A stretch of 33,556 bases of DNA. Origin: Rotaria socialis. Lineage: Eukaryota. The stretch lies in contig CAJNYD010000320.1 of assembly GCA_905331295.1 (NCBI GenBank), positions 1 through 33,556 on the forward strand, written 5' to 3'. This document shows, in pieces, positions 1 to 12,089 of this stretch; within the stretch, counting starts at the first letter, position 1, and each line of letters opens with the position of its first letter. The notes below the pieces were generated by a model. It worked only from the letters and a program-made list of their open reading frames with translations. It did not search any database and had not been told where the DNA came from. The position numbers and the translations under genes were made by a program.

Positions 1-35
1 TCTTGCGCGTCTAAACGCGTTTTCAGTCAAAAAGC

Positions 36-84
36 TGGGTGTGTGGGTGTGGGTGTGTGGGTGTGGGTGTGGGTGTAGGTGTAG
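36..84 (+). repeat. Telomere-like (TGTGGG)n tract, imperfect, with an inverted copy CACCCACACCC at about 106-116
   Basis: GGGTGTGTGGGTGTGGGTGTGTGGGTGTGGGTGTGGGTGTAGGTGTAG seen directly; TGTGGG is the described Adineta vaga telomeric hexamer. Position is interstitial. Confidence 0.75.
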
Positions 85-303
85 CATAGATGAGCAGAAG
101 AATCGCACCCACACCCAAATTTCTATCTTTTACTGATCAAGTTTATTTCTTTGCTGGTAATTATATATAATAAACTGATCACTTTAAAATTAATTACTGA
201 TCAAATATAATGTTCCTTTGAAAATCTATAAAAATCCATAATAAAATCAATTTTATGGATTCGTTCATGATGTATTGACAAGATCAGAATAGTGACGGTG
301 ATT

Positions 304-326
304 NNNNNNNNNNNNNNNNNNNNNNN
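304..326. other. Assembly gap (N run)
   Basis: Run of n in the sequence; single n also at 1685 and 29848. Confidence 0.99.
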
Positions 327-504
327 NGCGCCAATTCACATCGCTCTCGATGCTTGATTCGATATCGATAATGGTAAGAAAAATGCAATGGTCATAACTT
401 CAGAATGTGGTGGAAATGTCTTTTATTTCATTGAAAAAAAGAAAATGAGAAAACATTCTTGAAATAGAATGAAGCAAGTTTAAGTGTGTTCGAGAATAGA
501 TTTT

Positions 505-921
505 TTAACATCCTCGCAATCTATTATTGATATGTGTTTTACAAATAATGTACGAATGGGTATGGTCATAGAAGTATGACCACATACGCCGTAAACCATT
601 ACCACTATTAACTTTAGCATCCATATCATTGACGCCAGGTACATACCAATCCGACCATCCACCACTGGACCATCGGATTTTATAAGCAATAATATCACCA
701 CATTTAATAGTCCAATCAATATTATAATCAATACCGGAACGTGGCCAACGTATATCACTGGAAGGTGGTTGATTTGATACTTCTGTGCAGCTACCTTGGG
801 ATGCTATATCAAAACAACCATAATTACCATCACCTTGGTCTGGGCATGTAGATGGCTGTAGGCCATAAGATGAAACCAGTAAGCAACATAAGATAACGGC
901 GATTACCTTGGTAGTAAACAT
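505..921 (-). CDS. Small secreted Cys/Trp-rich protein of unknown function (138 aa, intronless)
   Basis: ATG at 921 (MFTTKVIAVILCCLLVSSYG, signal-peptide-like); C-terminal block AYKIRWSSGGWSDWYVPGVNDMD...RRMWSYFYDHTHSYIIC; TATA box upstream and AATAAA (422-427, minus) downstream. Confidence 0.8.
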   Translation of the reverse strand: MFTTKVIAVILCCLLVSSYGLQPSTCPDQGDGNYGCFDIASQGSCTEVSNQPPSSDIRWPRSGIDYNIDWTIKCGDIIAYKIRWSSGGWSDWYVPGVNDMDAKVNSGNGLRRMWSYFYDHTHSYIICKTHINNRLRGC

Positions 922-976
922 GTCGAAGCTTATTTGCAATGTTGAGTGTTATTAGATGGTTACATAGTCGTTGCTC

Positions 977-984
977 TTTATATA
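977..984 (-). promoter_or_regulatory. TATA box of the secreted-protein gene
   Basis: TATATAAA on the minus strand about 55 nt upstream of ATG 921. Confidence 0.55.
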
Positions 985-1465
985 CAACTTTTTCTTTCTT
1001 GCAACAAGAGGATTTTGAATAAAAATAAAGTAAATTAATCGTGTATATGCGTAGGAAGATAAAAATCAGGATTCTCTTTCAATTTTTCGGTATATACTTA
1101 CATGAGCAATGAGGAACTGGTTTTCAATACCTCATAAATAAGTTAATGTATACAAATTAAATCAAGTATGTACAGAATGATTGAAAACAAACTAGAGTGA
1201 ATTAGTGCGCAGATGGACAATGACGATATTGACACACTCATACACTGCTCTGACTTCCTTCTTATTCAGTAGTTTATTGCGTAGTTATTTTAAATAGAAA
1301 ACAGACTTCATAACGATACTGCTTTCCTGATTTTTATAAGATACTCTGATTTTCTTACTCTTGATTTGAAATGACGATTTTTTCTTTATTTCAGTCATTC
1401 ATTTTTCTTTTAATCAATTTAAACTTCGATTATTTCGATTTAATTGCCCATGTAATAAAAACCTC

Positions 1466-1640
1466 ATGAAAATCGGCGGTTAACCGCGGTTTTTTACCGG
1501 TCCGGTTACCGGCTCTCATTACCGCAGAACGGATAAATACCGCGGTTTACCACAAAAAATGAACTGACATTTACCGCGGTAAACCACCGGTTTTGGTTAA
1601 TACCGCGGTTACCGCTAAAAAAAGCGGTTAACCGGTTCAT
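1466..1640. repeat. CpG-rich foldback or transposon-terminal repeat built of CCGCGG/GGTTAACC palindromes
   Basis: GCGGTTAACCGCGGTTTTTTACCGG at left is an imperfect reverse complement of CCGCTAAAAAAAGCGGTTAACCGG at right; repeated TACCGCGGT inside. Confidence 0.6.
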
Positions 1641-1941
1641 CTATAATTTTTGACAGAAAAAGTCTTCCAAATCATCAATTAAACNTTTTCAAATTAGCTA
1701 TTTTATCATTAACGTTTGTCACAAGTGCTTTACTGATACCAATATTGTGCGGTGTTCGATTGTGTGTGAGTGCACCAAATCTTGCACTTCCTTATTCTAA
1801 AATCTTAGTTATTCTACTGAATTTCTCTTTCAAACACTTTTATTCGTATATCTAATGAATCTCTTTTTCTTATCGTTTATGTTCAACATAAATGCATATC
1901 TTTCCGCTAACTTTATCAACATTTGAACAATTGATATTCTA

Positions 1942-3262
1942 ACGGGTGGCCCAGGATAAATGTCACCCTAAGTATTTCTGCGACATCTTCATGGAAGTTC
2001 ATCGTCGAGGACTAGTTTTTTCCCCAAAAGATTTCCCATTCGACGCTCTACAAAAGCCGATGTTTGATTTCAATCAAGTTCATATTCTTGATTTCTAGGA
2101 TTATGAAACATAAAGATCTACAAAACGTTGTACTTTCAAAGTACGAAAAAGGTGAAGGTCGAACGAAAAGATTTCGTGACCTTAATGGTACACTGTGCCT
2201 ACGCACAATCAAACGGTGGTGCAAAATGAATCGGCAGAGTGGTTCTATACAACTGTTGAAGCTACCAGGCTGCCCACGTATCGTTCATACGAAGGGGGCT
2301 ATTGAAAAGGTCAAACATCGTTTGCAGCGGAAAAAGTCAATATCAACACGACAATTGGCAGGTGATCTAGGTATTTCGCGAGTATCTGTGCAGCGAATGG
2401 TCAGAGTGGATCTAGGCCTTAAAAATTACAAAAAAAGTAGTTGTACCGATGCTCACTGACAAACATAGGGGAAAACGAAAAAAGTTTGCAAATTGGGCCC
2501 GAGCAAATTTCCGAAAAGAAGAGACAATGAATATTCTCTTTTCTGATGAGAAAATGTTCGACATCGATGGTGTCTATTACAGTCAAAATGATCGTGTATG
2601 GGCAGTAGATCGTGCTGATGCCGACAAGAAAGGTGACATCAAGCCGAAACGAAAGTTCCCGCAAAAAGTCATGGTTTGGTTGGGGGTGTGCTCTAAGGGT
2701 GGAACGCCATCAGTTATCATCGACAATGATTCGGTAGATCACGCCCGATACATTCAAGAAGTGCTTCCAGTGGCACTTGAATACGACAACAAGGTGTTAG
2801 GAAGTCAATGGACCTTTCAGCAAGATGATGCAAAACCACACATTCATCATCTTACGCAACGATGGTGCCAGCACCACTTTTCTTCCTTTATTGACAAAAA
2901 TCATTGGCCACCCAATAGTCCCGATTTGAATCCATTGGACTATTCAATATGGGATGAATTTGCTCATGCTATTCAGTGTCAGTGGGATAAAGTGACATCC
3001 AAAGCAACGCTGATTGACGAACTCAAACGATCTGTCAAAACGATTCGACAGGATGTTGTTTTTGAAAGTTGCTCATCTTGGACCAATCGATTGTACCGTG
3101 TCTCAAAAACGAATGGTTGCTATTTACGTGAATAAAATAGTCTCATTTTGTAGACCATTCAAAGACGAATCTCTTATAAAAAAAAAGAGTAGGCCAGATC
3201 GATAAAATCTCATCGAGATATTTCCAAAATACTTACGGTGACACTTATCCTGGGCCACCCAT
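1942..3262 (+). mobile_element. Tc1/mariner DNA transposon, DD37D (maT) family, full length (about 1.32 kb)
   Basis: TIRs ACGGGTGGCCCAGGATAAATGTCACC and its near reverse complement ending at 3262; TA target duplications at 1940-1941 and 3263-3264; transposase inside. Confidence 0.95.
2103..3135 (+). pseudogene. DD37D transposase broken by one frameshift in the A7 run at 2430-2436
   Basis: HTH region MKHKDLQ...GCPR in one frame, catalytic domain in the next: FSDEK, FQQDDAKPH, WPPNSPDLNPLDY with 37 residues between the second and third Asp. Confidence 0.9.
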
Positions 3263-3579
3263 TAATTGTTCATTATCTTTTTATAGTTTGCATAAGCTTC
3301 TTGGAGAAGCAAGGGTGTGGATGTAGGACATGTTGAAATCAATATATTTTCCTTTTCTCATAAGATGAATTGGAAAAAAAAACAATATATGAATTTGCCC
3401 TAGGAGAGATCAAAATTTCAATTTTTCCTAAAGGTTATTTTAAATAGCCCTACCTTTTAATCTCCCCTATAACAAATATATACATCGGAACAGAACAAAG
3501 ATTTTACCACAAATATTTTCAATGCCATTCCCCTATCAAAATTCAAGAGTGTTCTAGAAACTCATGAGTAACTAAAGTA

Positions 3580-3679
3580 CACTGTAAAAAAAATTCGTAG
3601 AATACTAAACCCTTAAGGGTTGATGAAATTTCATCAACCCTTTTTGGTTTTAGTATTCTACGGATTTTTTTTTACAGTG
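3580..3679. mobile_element. 100-bp palindromic MITE with CACTG termini and TA flanks
   Basis: CACTGTAAAAAAAATTCGTAGAATACTAAAC...GGGTTGATGAAATTTCATCAACCC...GTTTTAGTATTCTACGGATTTTTTTTTACAGTG, near-perfect hairpin; TA at 3578-3579 and 3680-3681. Confidence 0.85.
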
Positions 3680-5617
3680 TATCGTATATTTTACTTAATA
3701 GACCCTTATACATCCTTAATCTGAACGACTATTTTGATTCAGCCTCTTTCGCAGAGTATAAGTTATAACAAGATAGTCTTTATATAGGTGCATGCGATCT
3801 TGAAAATCTTGTAACAATTTCGGTACAGCTTTTCTTTATATAATCCAACATACTTATTCAGTCCTATTCTTAGTACATAACTCTGGTGGTATAACTTTCA
3901 TGCACATAATAACCAAAGCGCGAAAAATATCAATATCTTGATATTATTGCATCTAGTATCTTCTAGACAATAGAATACTACAGTCGATAACTTAACACGA
4001 GAGCGAATATAACGATATGCAATCTATGATTTTGCAATAAAATTCTACCAAATAACTACAAACCAACCAACCAACCTGATCAATCATAATGCAAGGATTT
4101 TCAGCTTTAAAGAATAAATGAAACATGAACAGGAAAACATGCAAATTAGGTTTGCCAATTCTCATCGAAATTTCACATTTTCCTCAACAAAAACTACATT
4201 ATCGACTCGTTCCGAGAATATGATAGCTTGAATCTGACCATGGGGTCTGCCGTTTGCTAGACTGGCAAAATTGTTATTAACTCTTGTTAGTCTTTTGCTT
4301 GTTTCTCTTGGTTTTATATCTTACATTCTTTCTTGCCATATATTATGTAGACAATTGAGAAACAAGAAGTTGCTCGATCAACGTAATAAATACGAGTGAC
4401 TGTACACTACTCAGTCGATTTGTTGCCAGAATTAGCTCATTGCCAACAGTGAATAGAATTATGTTTCTCTGTGTTGCAATTAATTATACCAGTAGAGTCC
4501 TATTTGCATATGTGTCTTCTGTTTAATATTCAAAAAGCTAATTCTCTTGGCGTTTGTTTATTGAGTTTTAATTAAAAATAACAATTTTTTTGAATTTTGA
4601 TTTTATTTCTGTGCAAAAAGGATGCATTTTCTCTGCTCTTTTGTGCGCATTTCGAACGAAAAATATGAAACAATATGGATTTAATTCAAGGGCAACACAA
4701 TGCAAAGCTCTGCAAGAATCTTTGAGCTAATCATCAATTATATTTCTACGTTCTTTCAAGTTGGGTGAAGGTCATAATAAATTATTATTGAACTCAGTTA
4801 TGTTTTTACACGACGTGACCTAGTTACGACTTTAGAGGAGAATTTCATAGACGACAAGATCTAAAATTCCTTTTAAAATTACCGATCGATTGATGATAGT
4901 GAGCAATTGTAACTGATGGACGCTGACGAGAACACGATTTGAAATGATCTTTCAAAATTAAATAAAAGCTTCTGATCGTTTCAAATATTGATACATAAAT
5001 ATCGATATGAATATGTTACTTTGCTGTCACATATAGTAATGAAAATTTTGAAATTCTGTGCTTACATCTCCGTCTTAGATTGCGACAAATGTCACAGTAA
5101 TCCTTATTTACAGTTGAAAAGAATTTATTGCATTCCATTTTGATGCTTTTTGATTTCATGAGGACGAATCATAGGTTTCTATACGGAACTCACAGTTAGT
5201 TACTTGAGCTCATCAAAACTGACCGGCCCCTAATTATACAAGTAAATATCTTTGGGTTTTTTTCTTATTCGATTCTTCGAATGTCAACAGCGCGAATATT
5301 TGCTCAGATCTTTCTCATATTTTATTGGCAAAAGCCAAATAAGTTTTTATTAAAATTTTTTATGCTCTCCGTGACATTAAAATTCTTCTTTCTATTCAAA
5401 ATCTTTCATTGCGACTGATCGGTTGATCGAGTGAGTACTAGTGACCGATTTTACATCTAACGAAACACTGAATTTCTACTTACGCTTTCATAACGTCTCT
5501 AATCAAAATACACTATGGAGTATAACTGCTACAATATTTAACAGCTACTTGGAGTTGATTTTACTTTTTCGAATATTTTATCTTTAATTGAGAGATTTTT
5601 AGGCAAGAAGAACAATC

Positions 5618-7603
5618 ATGTCTAGAATATGGAAACCAAGAAGTGTCTGGGAGGATGAGACGCCGGGAAGCACAGAGTCAAACGGGAAGAAAACATTCTG
5701 GTTCTATAAGTATGCTCATAAATTTCTAGACTGTACGTTTGAATAGTATTTTTAATTTAAAGATCAAGCAAAAGTCCAGACCACGAAGAAGAAGAAGAAG
5801 ACAAGAAAATAAAACGGATTAGACGAGTGCTGTTTTTTATCGCTTTTATTTTTGGCATAACACTTCTTGTATTGCTAGCTGTCGCTGCTTATCTAGCACT
5901 CGCTCCAAATTCATCAACATCGACTACAATAAGTAAATTGTAAATTTAGTTTGTTTTAATAATTTTCCTCAAATAGATGAGTTAAAAATTTTGAGTGCTT
6001 TGGGATCTTCAGAGTGTCTAATTGAATTTGTTAAGCTGCAAATAATGACAACTTCAAATGCTATTTTCTTTCTAAGGGTTAAGATAGTTTTGTTTTAAAA
6101 CGAACTTGAGAAAAAAAACTTATTTCTAATGGAAAAATTTTATTAGAACTATTTTTATTGACGTAGTCTCAGGTGAAACTGAGACAAAACATAGCTCCAA
6201 TAGTAATGTGTAAAAAGATTATTAAGTCGTTGTCGAACCACAGAATTTTCGTTGTTCTAGTGAAAACCTAGATTTCGTACCGTGAGTAGTAGTGAATAGT
6301 AATGTTTGAGCTATTATAACACTATTAGAAAGAGAAAAAAAACAATAAAATAGTTATAATCTAGAGTTAATTTAATTTTTTCAATGTATTGTGTGACATA
6401 TTCGAGCTGTATTTTCTTTCAGAAAAAATTCTCTACATAAATCTCACAAGCTCGTATGGATCAGTTCAGTTTGTTGGGTAATTTAAAAACTTGCTTAATT
6501 TCTCTGATGCGAAGTGTACGCTTTCCGAATGCGATCAGCAAAACACAAGTAAAAAATGCCACTAGAGTATATTAAAATGAAGATTCAGTTTATTGATTCA
6601 TCCGATGTTATCAATGAAATGTCCACAAATTGTATTTTCTGTTGTGTGATTTCAGCTATTCAGAATCAATCTAGACTTCATGCCTTCTGCATCAGTAACC
6701 TATCGGTATTGTTGACATTTTGAAGTGTCTTGATATTGTGATCTTCTCCAGCTCACTCTTCTACGTATGTATGAAACCTCTATGATGATGCAGAAATCTA
6801 TCTCTTATTAATCGACTATTACATTGAAACTTGAGGTGAAATAACATATGAATAAGGAGACAAACGAAGACGATGATCCAAAAGCAGTTCTTATAGATTT
6901 AGTTTATGTAACTATCGAAATCGAAGAACTTTTTGTAATATAACTGTTAGATGCCTCGTCTTGGATATATTCAACGAAGAGAACTAAGAAGCATTTATTT
7001 TTTTAATTTTTAGTCACAACGACAAGTACTACACCAGAGACAAGTACTACATCAGAGACAAGTACTACATCAGAGACAAGTACTGCATCAGAGACAACAA
7101 CTACTTCAGCAACAGCAATGAATGTGGCTTGTACCACATCTGGACAAGGCACTCTACAGATTGTGACTGGAGGAAGCACCATTTGGACTCAACACCAATT
7201 GAACTACACGGCATCAACCGCATCGCCTATGATCATGTTTGGGTTTCAGATTGTAAATAGTAATACTTACTATTTGGACTCCGTCTCTATTGTTGATCAA
7301 AATGCACCCAGTATTGAACTACTGATGAATCCAAGTTTTGAGAACTCAATAACAATTCTAATTGACTGGACACAGTGGTGTATAACTGGCTGCGGTACAC
7401 CGTCATGGATAGCATCCGGCTCTAATTGCCATTTGGGCATAGGTAATTGCTTTCAAGATAGCTGCATTTCTTCTAGTGGTATAAATTTCCTCACTCAGCC
7501 ATTTACAGCTTCTGTTGGCGACACATACACAATATCTTTCTGGGTTCGATTAGTTGGCGCTGGTCCGCGTCCGCTCAATAAATTGTACGTCGATATTATT
7601 TAA
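5618..7603 (+). CDS. Type II membrane protein: TM, Thr/Ser stalk, CBM-like beta-sandwich ectodomain; exons 5618-5709, 5763-5932, 7014-7603
   Basis: GT-AG introns (phase 2, phase 1) join in frame; TM VLFFIAFIFGITLLVLLAVAAYLAL; TSTTSE repeats; LLMNPSFEN and LTQPFTASVGDTYTISFW resemble CBM4/9-type jelly rolls. Confidence 0.8.
7022..7093 (+). repeat. Coding 18-bp minisatellite, four copies (TSTTSE stalk)
   Basis: ACAAGTACTACA(C/T)CAGAG repeated four times, last copy with one substitution. Confidence 0.9.
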
Positions 7604-9912
7604 ATAATGCAGATGAAATGCGGATCAGAAGGAATGAAGATGCCATATACACACACTCCAACCATATAAACGCATATGCACTCAACGTTTAAATATGTCT
7701 ATCTGAAAGAAAGCATAAGAGAGAAAGAAAGAGCTTAAAATATGTGTGTTTACAATAAATGTTTTTTTTGATTAGCTCTAATTACAGATACCTCTTTGTT
7801 AAGGGTATAATTTTCGGTAATCATAAAAGCAGCTAAATCTGATGAAGCTATTTGAGTACTATTATGAGTGATAATCATATCATCTTGTTGAAACTAGCAT
7901 AACACGAAACATTGACAAAATGATAAAGATTAAAATGACCTCAACTTTGAACTGATCATTACCCTATCACTTCATATTTCAGGCGCAAGCGTTCCGGTTC
8001 GGTCTGTAATCTCCATATTTAGTAATTTAGAAATCAAATAATGCACGATCCTACCGGGAAGAAAATGTACTACTATTCTTCGCAAAGCAATGTACTTGAT
8101 TTGACAAGTTCAGTTATTCTCGTTAAAATTTTACTCAGTTTTTTGACACTTTTCGAAAAAAAATCGATCAACTCTGTGAAAAATTATGTATTGCATATAC
8201 CTTTACCGAGCTTAAAAGAAAAGATACTAAAGTACAACGGAGTTATCAAGATATCGTACATGCTACTTGTTTTCACAATATTCTGTGACTTACTAGGAAA
8301 AGACCCGAACAAATATGAGCCAGTTCCAGACAGAGCCTTCGATGCAGATTCAAAATTTGTATGCACCTAATGTGAATCCAAATTTATTTCAAATCACAAA
8401 CAATAATATTTGATTATGAAAATTAATTTGTGCGACAATATCGAACTGTGTACGATAAAAGAATCCAAACATGCAATATAACAATGCTGTTCTCAAAATC
8501 TATGGGTGTGCGGGTGATATTATCATTTTTTTTACACACCCTCTTGAAATCATGTAATTATCATGTACATTCAGTGCACAAATATATTGAAGTACTTCAG
8601 CATTAAAAAACCATAAAGATATTCGGTGAATAAAGTGGAATATTAAAGTACAAAAAGTTCTCTTTTTGAATGCTAAGGAGGGTTTTTGTACTTGTAACTG
8701 TAATGTATATCGAATTCATTATTCGCGCTTGAACGTTTATCTTTTTTCGATTTTAATTTGGATTCAAATTCTATACCTATTACTGAATATAGGAATAATT
8801 ATATTGTCTAATCAAATATGACAACAAAGTTGGCATCATATAAATAAAAAAGAAAGATTTTTGTAGTAAATAAATGTACTGTGGCTGATTTCGTAAATAA
8901 TCAATTTGATTTTTGAATTCCAGATGAAGTTTTTTTATATCACGTTTCATTAATGGTGAGAACTGACTTAAAAAGTGGATATCGAAGTGTTGAATCAGAG
9001 CCCGAATTCGACGATTAAAGACTTCGTGTATCGCCGTATTTCTCCGTTTGCGGTTATTTACGACCGTGGTTATTCGATATGGACGCTAGTTTGCATAATT
9101 GTACTTTATAGTATTAAGTATTAGTAAAATGAGTTGATCAAGAATTTAGTCTATAATATTCATTCAGGTAAACATATTTTCCATCTTTCAGTTAAATATA
9201 TTTAAGAATCTGATATATGTGGATTCCATTCGCTAGAAGATAAGAAAACAATAGATATATTATTCAAAGACAAAGAAAAATAAGATATTCATCGAATAGT
9301 TTCTCGAAGAACTAGCATCCAAACCAGAGATCCAACCAGGCCACTAGGCCTGCCTGTCACAGGCACAGGCTGCCCGGCCTGTCTATATTCTTTATAGATA
9401 TAATTTTTTTAAGCAAACTGAGGGTAACGCTAGCGATTATGAGAAGTAGAGAATAATGTTCTGCTTTCATTGTGATTGATCGAGGTGATGACAAATGTTC
9501 AGCTCAAATCGCAAGTCCTTTCCTTTATTTATTCATTCTTCATGTTCTCATTTATCTATATTTTATTATTATTGATTGTTATTAAAATCTTTCTTATCGA
9601 TTATTCTTTAGATATTTATTATTGACTGTAAAAGTGTTTATTGTTCTTGTTAAACTTAGTATGTGTTAACATTTCAATTATCTTTCTTTCTGAAATGCGT
9701 GATATTAATCTTTCATCTTCCATCTCTATTGATGATCCTTCACCTCGTTCAAAAGTAAAACAAACTACATCATTCTATTCTGTCATCGTAATGGTTATGC
9801 TGTGTATGTCTGCGTGCGACCGCCGTCCTCACAATATTCGTAAAATTGTCTTGCATTGTATGTCACAAAATGAAACTTATACTATGTTAAGTACGATTGT
9901 ATAAGTTAATCT

Positions 9913-10113
9913 GAGTGTTGTCAGATGTCAAACTGGTAAATCCAGAATTTAAATCTCAAAATCATGTAAAGCTTTAAAAAAATCTCGAAATAATCATGCA
10001 GAAATCCTGAAAAAACGCCCACAATGGCCAAAACATTCAAAAAATCCCGAAAAAACAGAAAAAAGCTAAACATCTAGAAAAATCTTTCAAGTCTGAAAGA
10101 TCTGACAATACCA
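9913..10113. mobile_element. Degenerate hAT-like MITE
   Basis: GTGTTGTCAGAT at left, ATCTGACAATAC at right (inverted); internal AAATCC-type repeats; no clear TSD. Confidence 0.5.
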
Positions 10114-10197
10114 TAGGTTTACGAAAAAATAATTTTACATTGTTTTACTTTTATGCTAAGATACCTAACAAAATATATTGAAATATTTCAATGTACA

Positions 10198-10366
10198 TAG
10201 TTCCTTTTAGTCCCTACAACTCTTTTAGTCCTTTTAGTCTGTTTAGTGCATATTGTGGGTATGGGTGCCATGACCAACCTCTCTTGCACTCCCACAAAAG
10301 TGATTAAAACGACTAAAGGGAGCTAAAGGGGCTAAAGTGATAACTTGAGGGATCTAAAAGTAACGC
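10198..10366. repeat. Degenerate foldback element with TTTAGTC / GACTAAA subrepeats
   Basis: Left arm TTCCTTTTAGTCCCT...TTTAGTC mirrors right arm GACTAAAGGG...GAGGGATCTAAAAGTAA. Confidence 0.55.
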
Positions 10367-12089
10367 GATATAAATTTTATTTGTCGTGGACCCCTCTTCA
10401 TTTCTTGAAATAATTCTTGGAGATCAGATAAATACGATACATTTAGAAGTTTATTTTACTTTTCTTGGAATCTAAAAATATCAAATTATTCTTTTTTGTT
10501 GAATGATTCATTTTTATATTTTTCTTACTGATGAATGACACCTGTAAGTTTTTCTCTTAAGTAGAAACAAAGAAATAGTTGTTAGTGAGTTTGAATTCTT
10601 GTTTTCACTGCCAATGTGAACAAATTATCGATGCTTCAGTTGAATCAATGACTGAATCAACATGACCTATTGCTATTTCTAATACAGCTGTTTATTCAAT
10701 ATCATTTGACCCATTTTAACTTTCAGGTACTTCATTTGTTACTGTTCTATCTTCAAAATTATTGTTAAAAGCATCAACTCGTCAAAAATGCATCACGATA
10801 TAAGTTAACAGTTCTTTTTCAATATTTCATAAAAGAATTTCGTGATAAATTGATACACCAAAATTAGAAATTCTTAAGTTAGCAATAGGAATTCGTGGTT
10901 ATCACATTTTGGCTAATGCAAGATTAGTCTATTAAGTATGATAATTTGGTCTGTCGATGGAATGTCATTTTTTTTCGTTTGTAAACGTAAGTGAGACTAT
11001 TTAAATTGTATAATGTTCACATCATTTTAACCGATAGAACCCATAAGGCCAAAAATGCCTGATATCACAGCCAATGCACTTTTTCATATGGTGGAAATGT
11101 ATGAAATTAAAAGCTCTCATTGTTGGCAATTCAAGCAGATTTCTTCTTCAATTTATTGTTTGCTACTTGATCAAACACAACACTGTTATTTATTTCAAGT
11201 TAAATAAATTTAAAAAAATAATAGCTATAGCTAACCTTTCTTTATCATCATCTTTTAATACTAGGCAGCCTATTATCTGGTCGAGCGAATTTTCTAGGAA
11301 TGAACATCTCCTTATTCTAAACCAATGCGATCAACTTTCGTAGATATTTGAAAGTAAACCAAAAAAAAAACAGTACTTTTTTGTGTTAATAGCTATTGCG
11401 ATGGTGCTCACATTCGAGAATTTTTACTGCATCGCCCTATCGCAAAACTTGAAGAAAAGAAGGAGCATAGTTCGGTGATTTGACAATTGAAATAAATAAA
11501 TCGCACAGAAAATGCGTTTGCAAAAGTAAGTACAATGTGCAAACTCTTCTATGATTTACTGAGTAGCAGAAATATATTGAAATGAAATTAGCATACTACT
11601 TCTACGGAATCTGTAATTGTATAAATTAAAAATGCGGCAGCGCCGACACTGGGAGAGAGAGAGAGCTCTCGCGAATAAAATTCAATCAAACAATACAACA
11701 GCGAAGAATAAAGAAAGTATACATAATACTATACTGTATTTGTAAGCAGGAAGCTATTTACAAAGTCGTAATAAATAGATAATGAGGAATACAACCATTT
11801 ACTCGTCTTCTCTATGGAGAGCTGATTCATACTTAAGTGATACTGGCTATAAAGTAGGATCAGATGAATTTTCAATGATGAATAATAGTTTTTTTCTATA
11901 GCCTTCATTAGAATCGTTTCCGTTGAGTCCACTTTCCGGTTCTTCTCTCGTCACATTAGCTTCAATCGGAAAGATTAATGATTCGTCTCGACCTGAACAT
12001 GGCAGATTAATGGTATTTTATTAATTGATCATTGTATTAAAACAAAAATTTTCTCTAATCTACAGCAGACGCCTTTGTTTCAAACAGAG

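Noticed and set aside
480..758. 92-aa minus-strand ORF
   Set aside because: Alternate frame overlapping the better supported secreted-protein gene.
8041..8370. 109-aa ORF
   Set aside because: No recognisable motif or splice support; possibly a decayed repeat.
9500..11343. Coding-like minus-strand composition (about 9500-9790 and 10560-11340)
   Set aside because: Many stops and no motif I can assign; may be old element relics.
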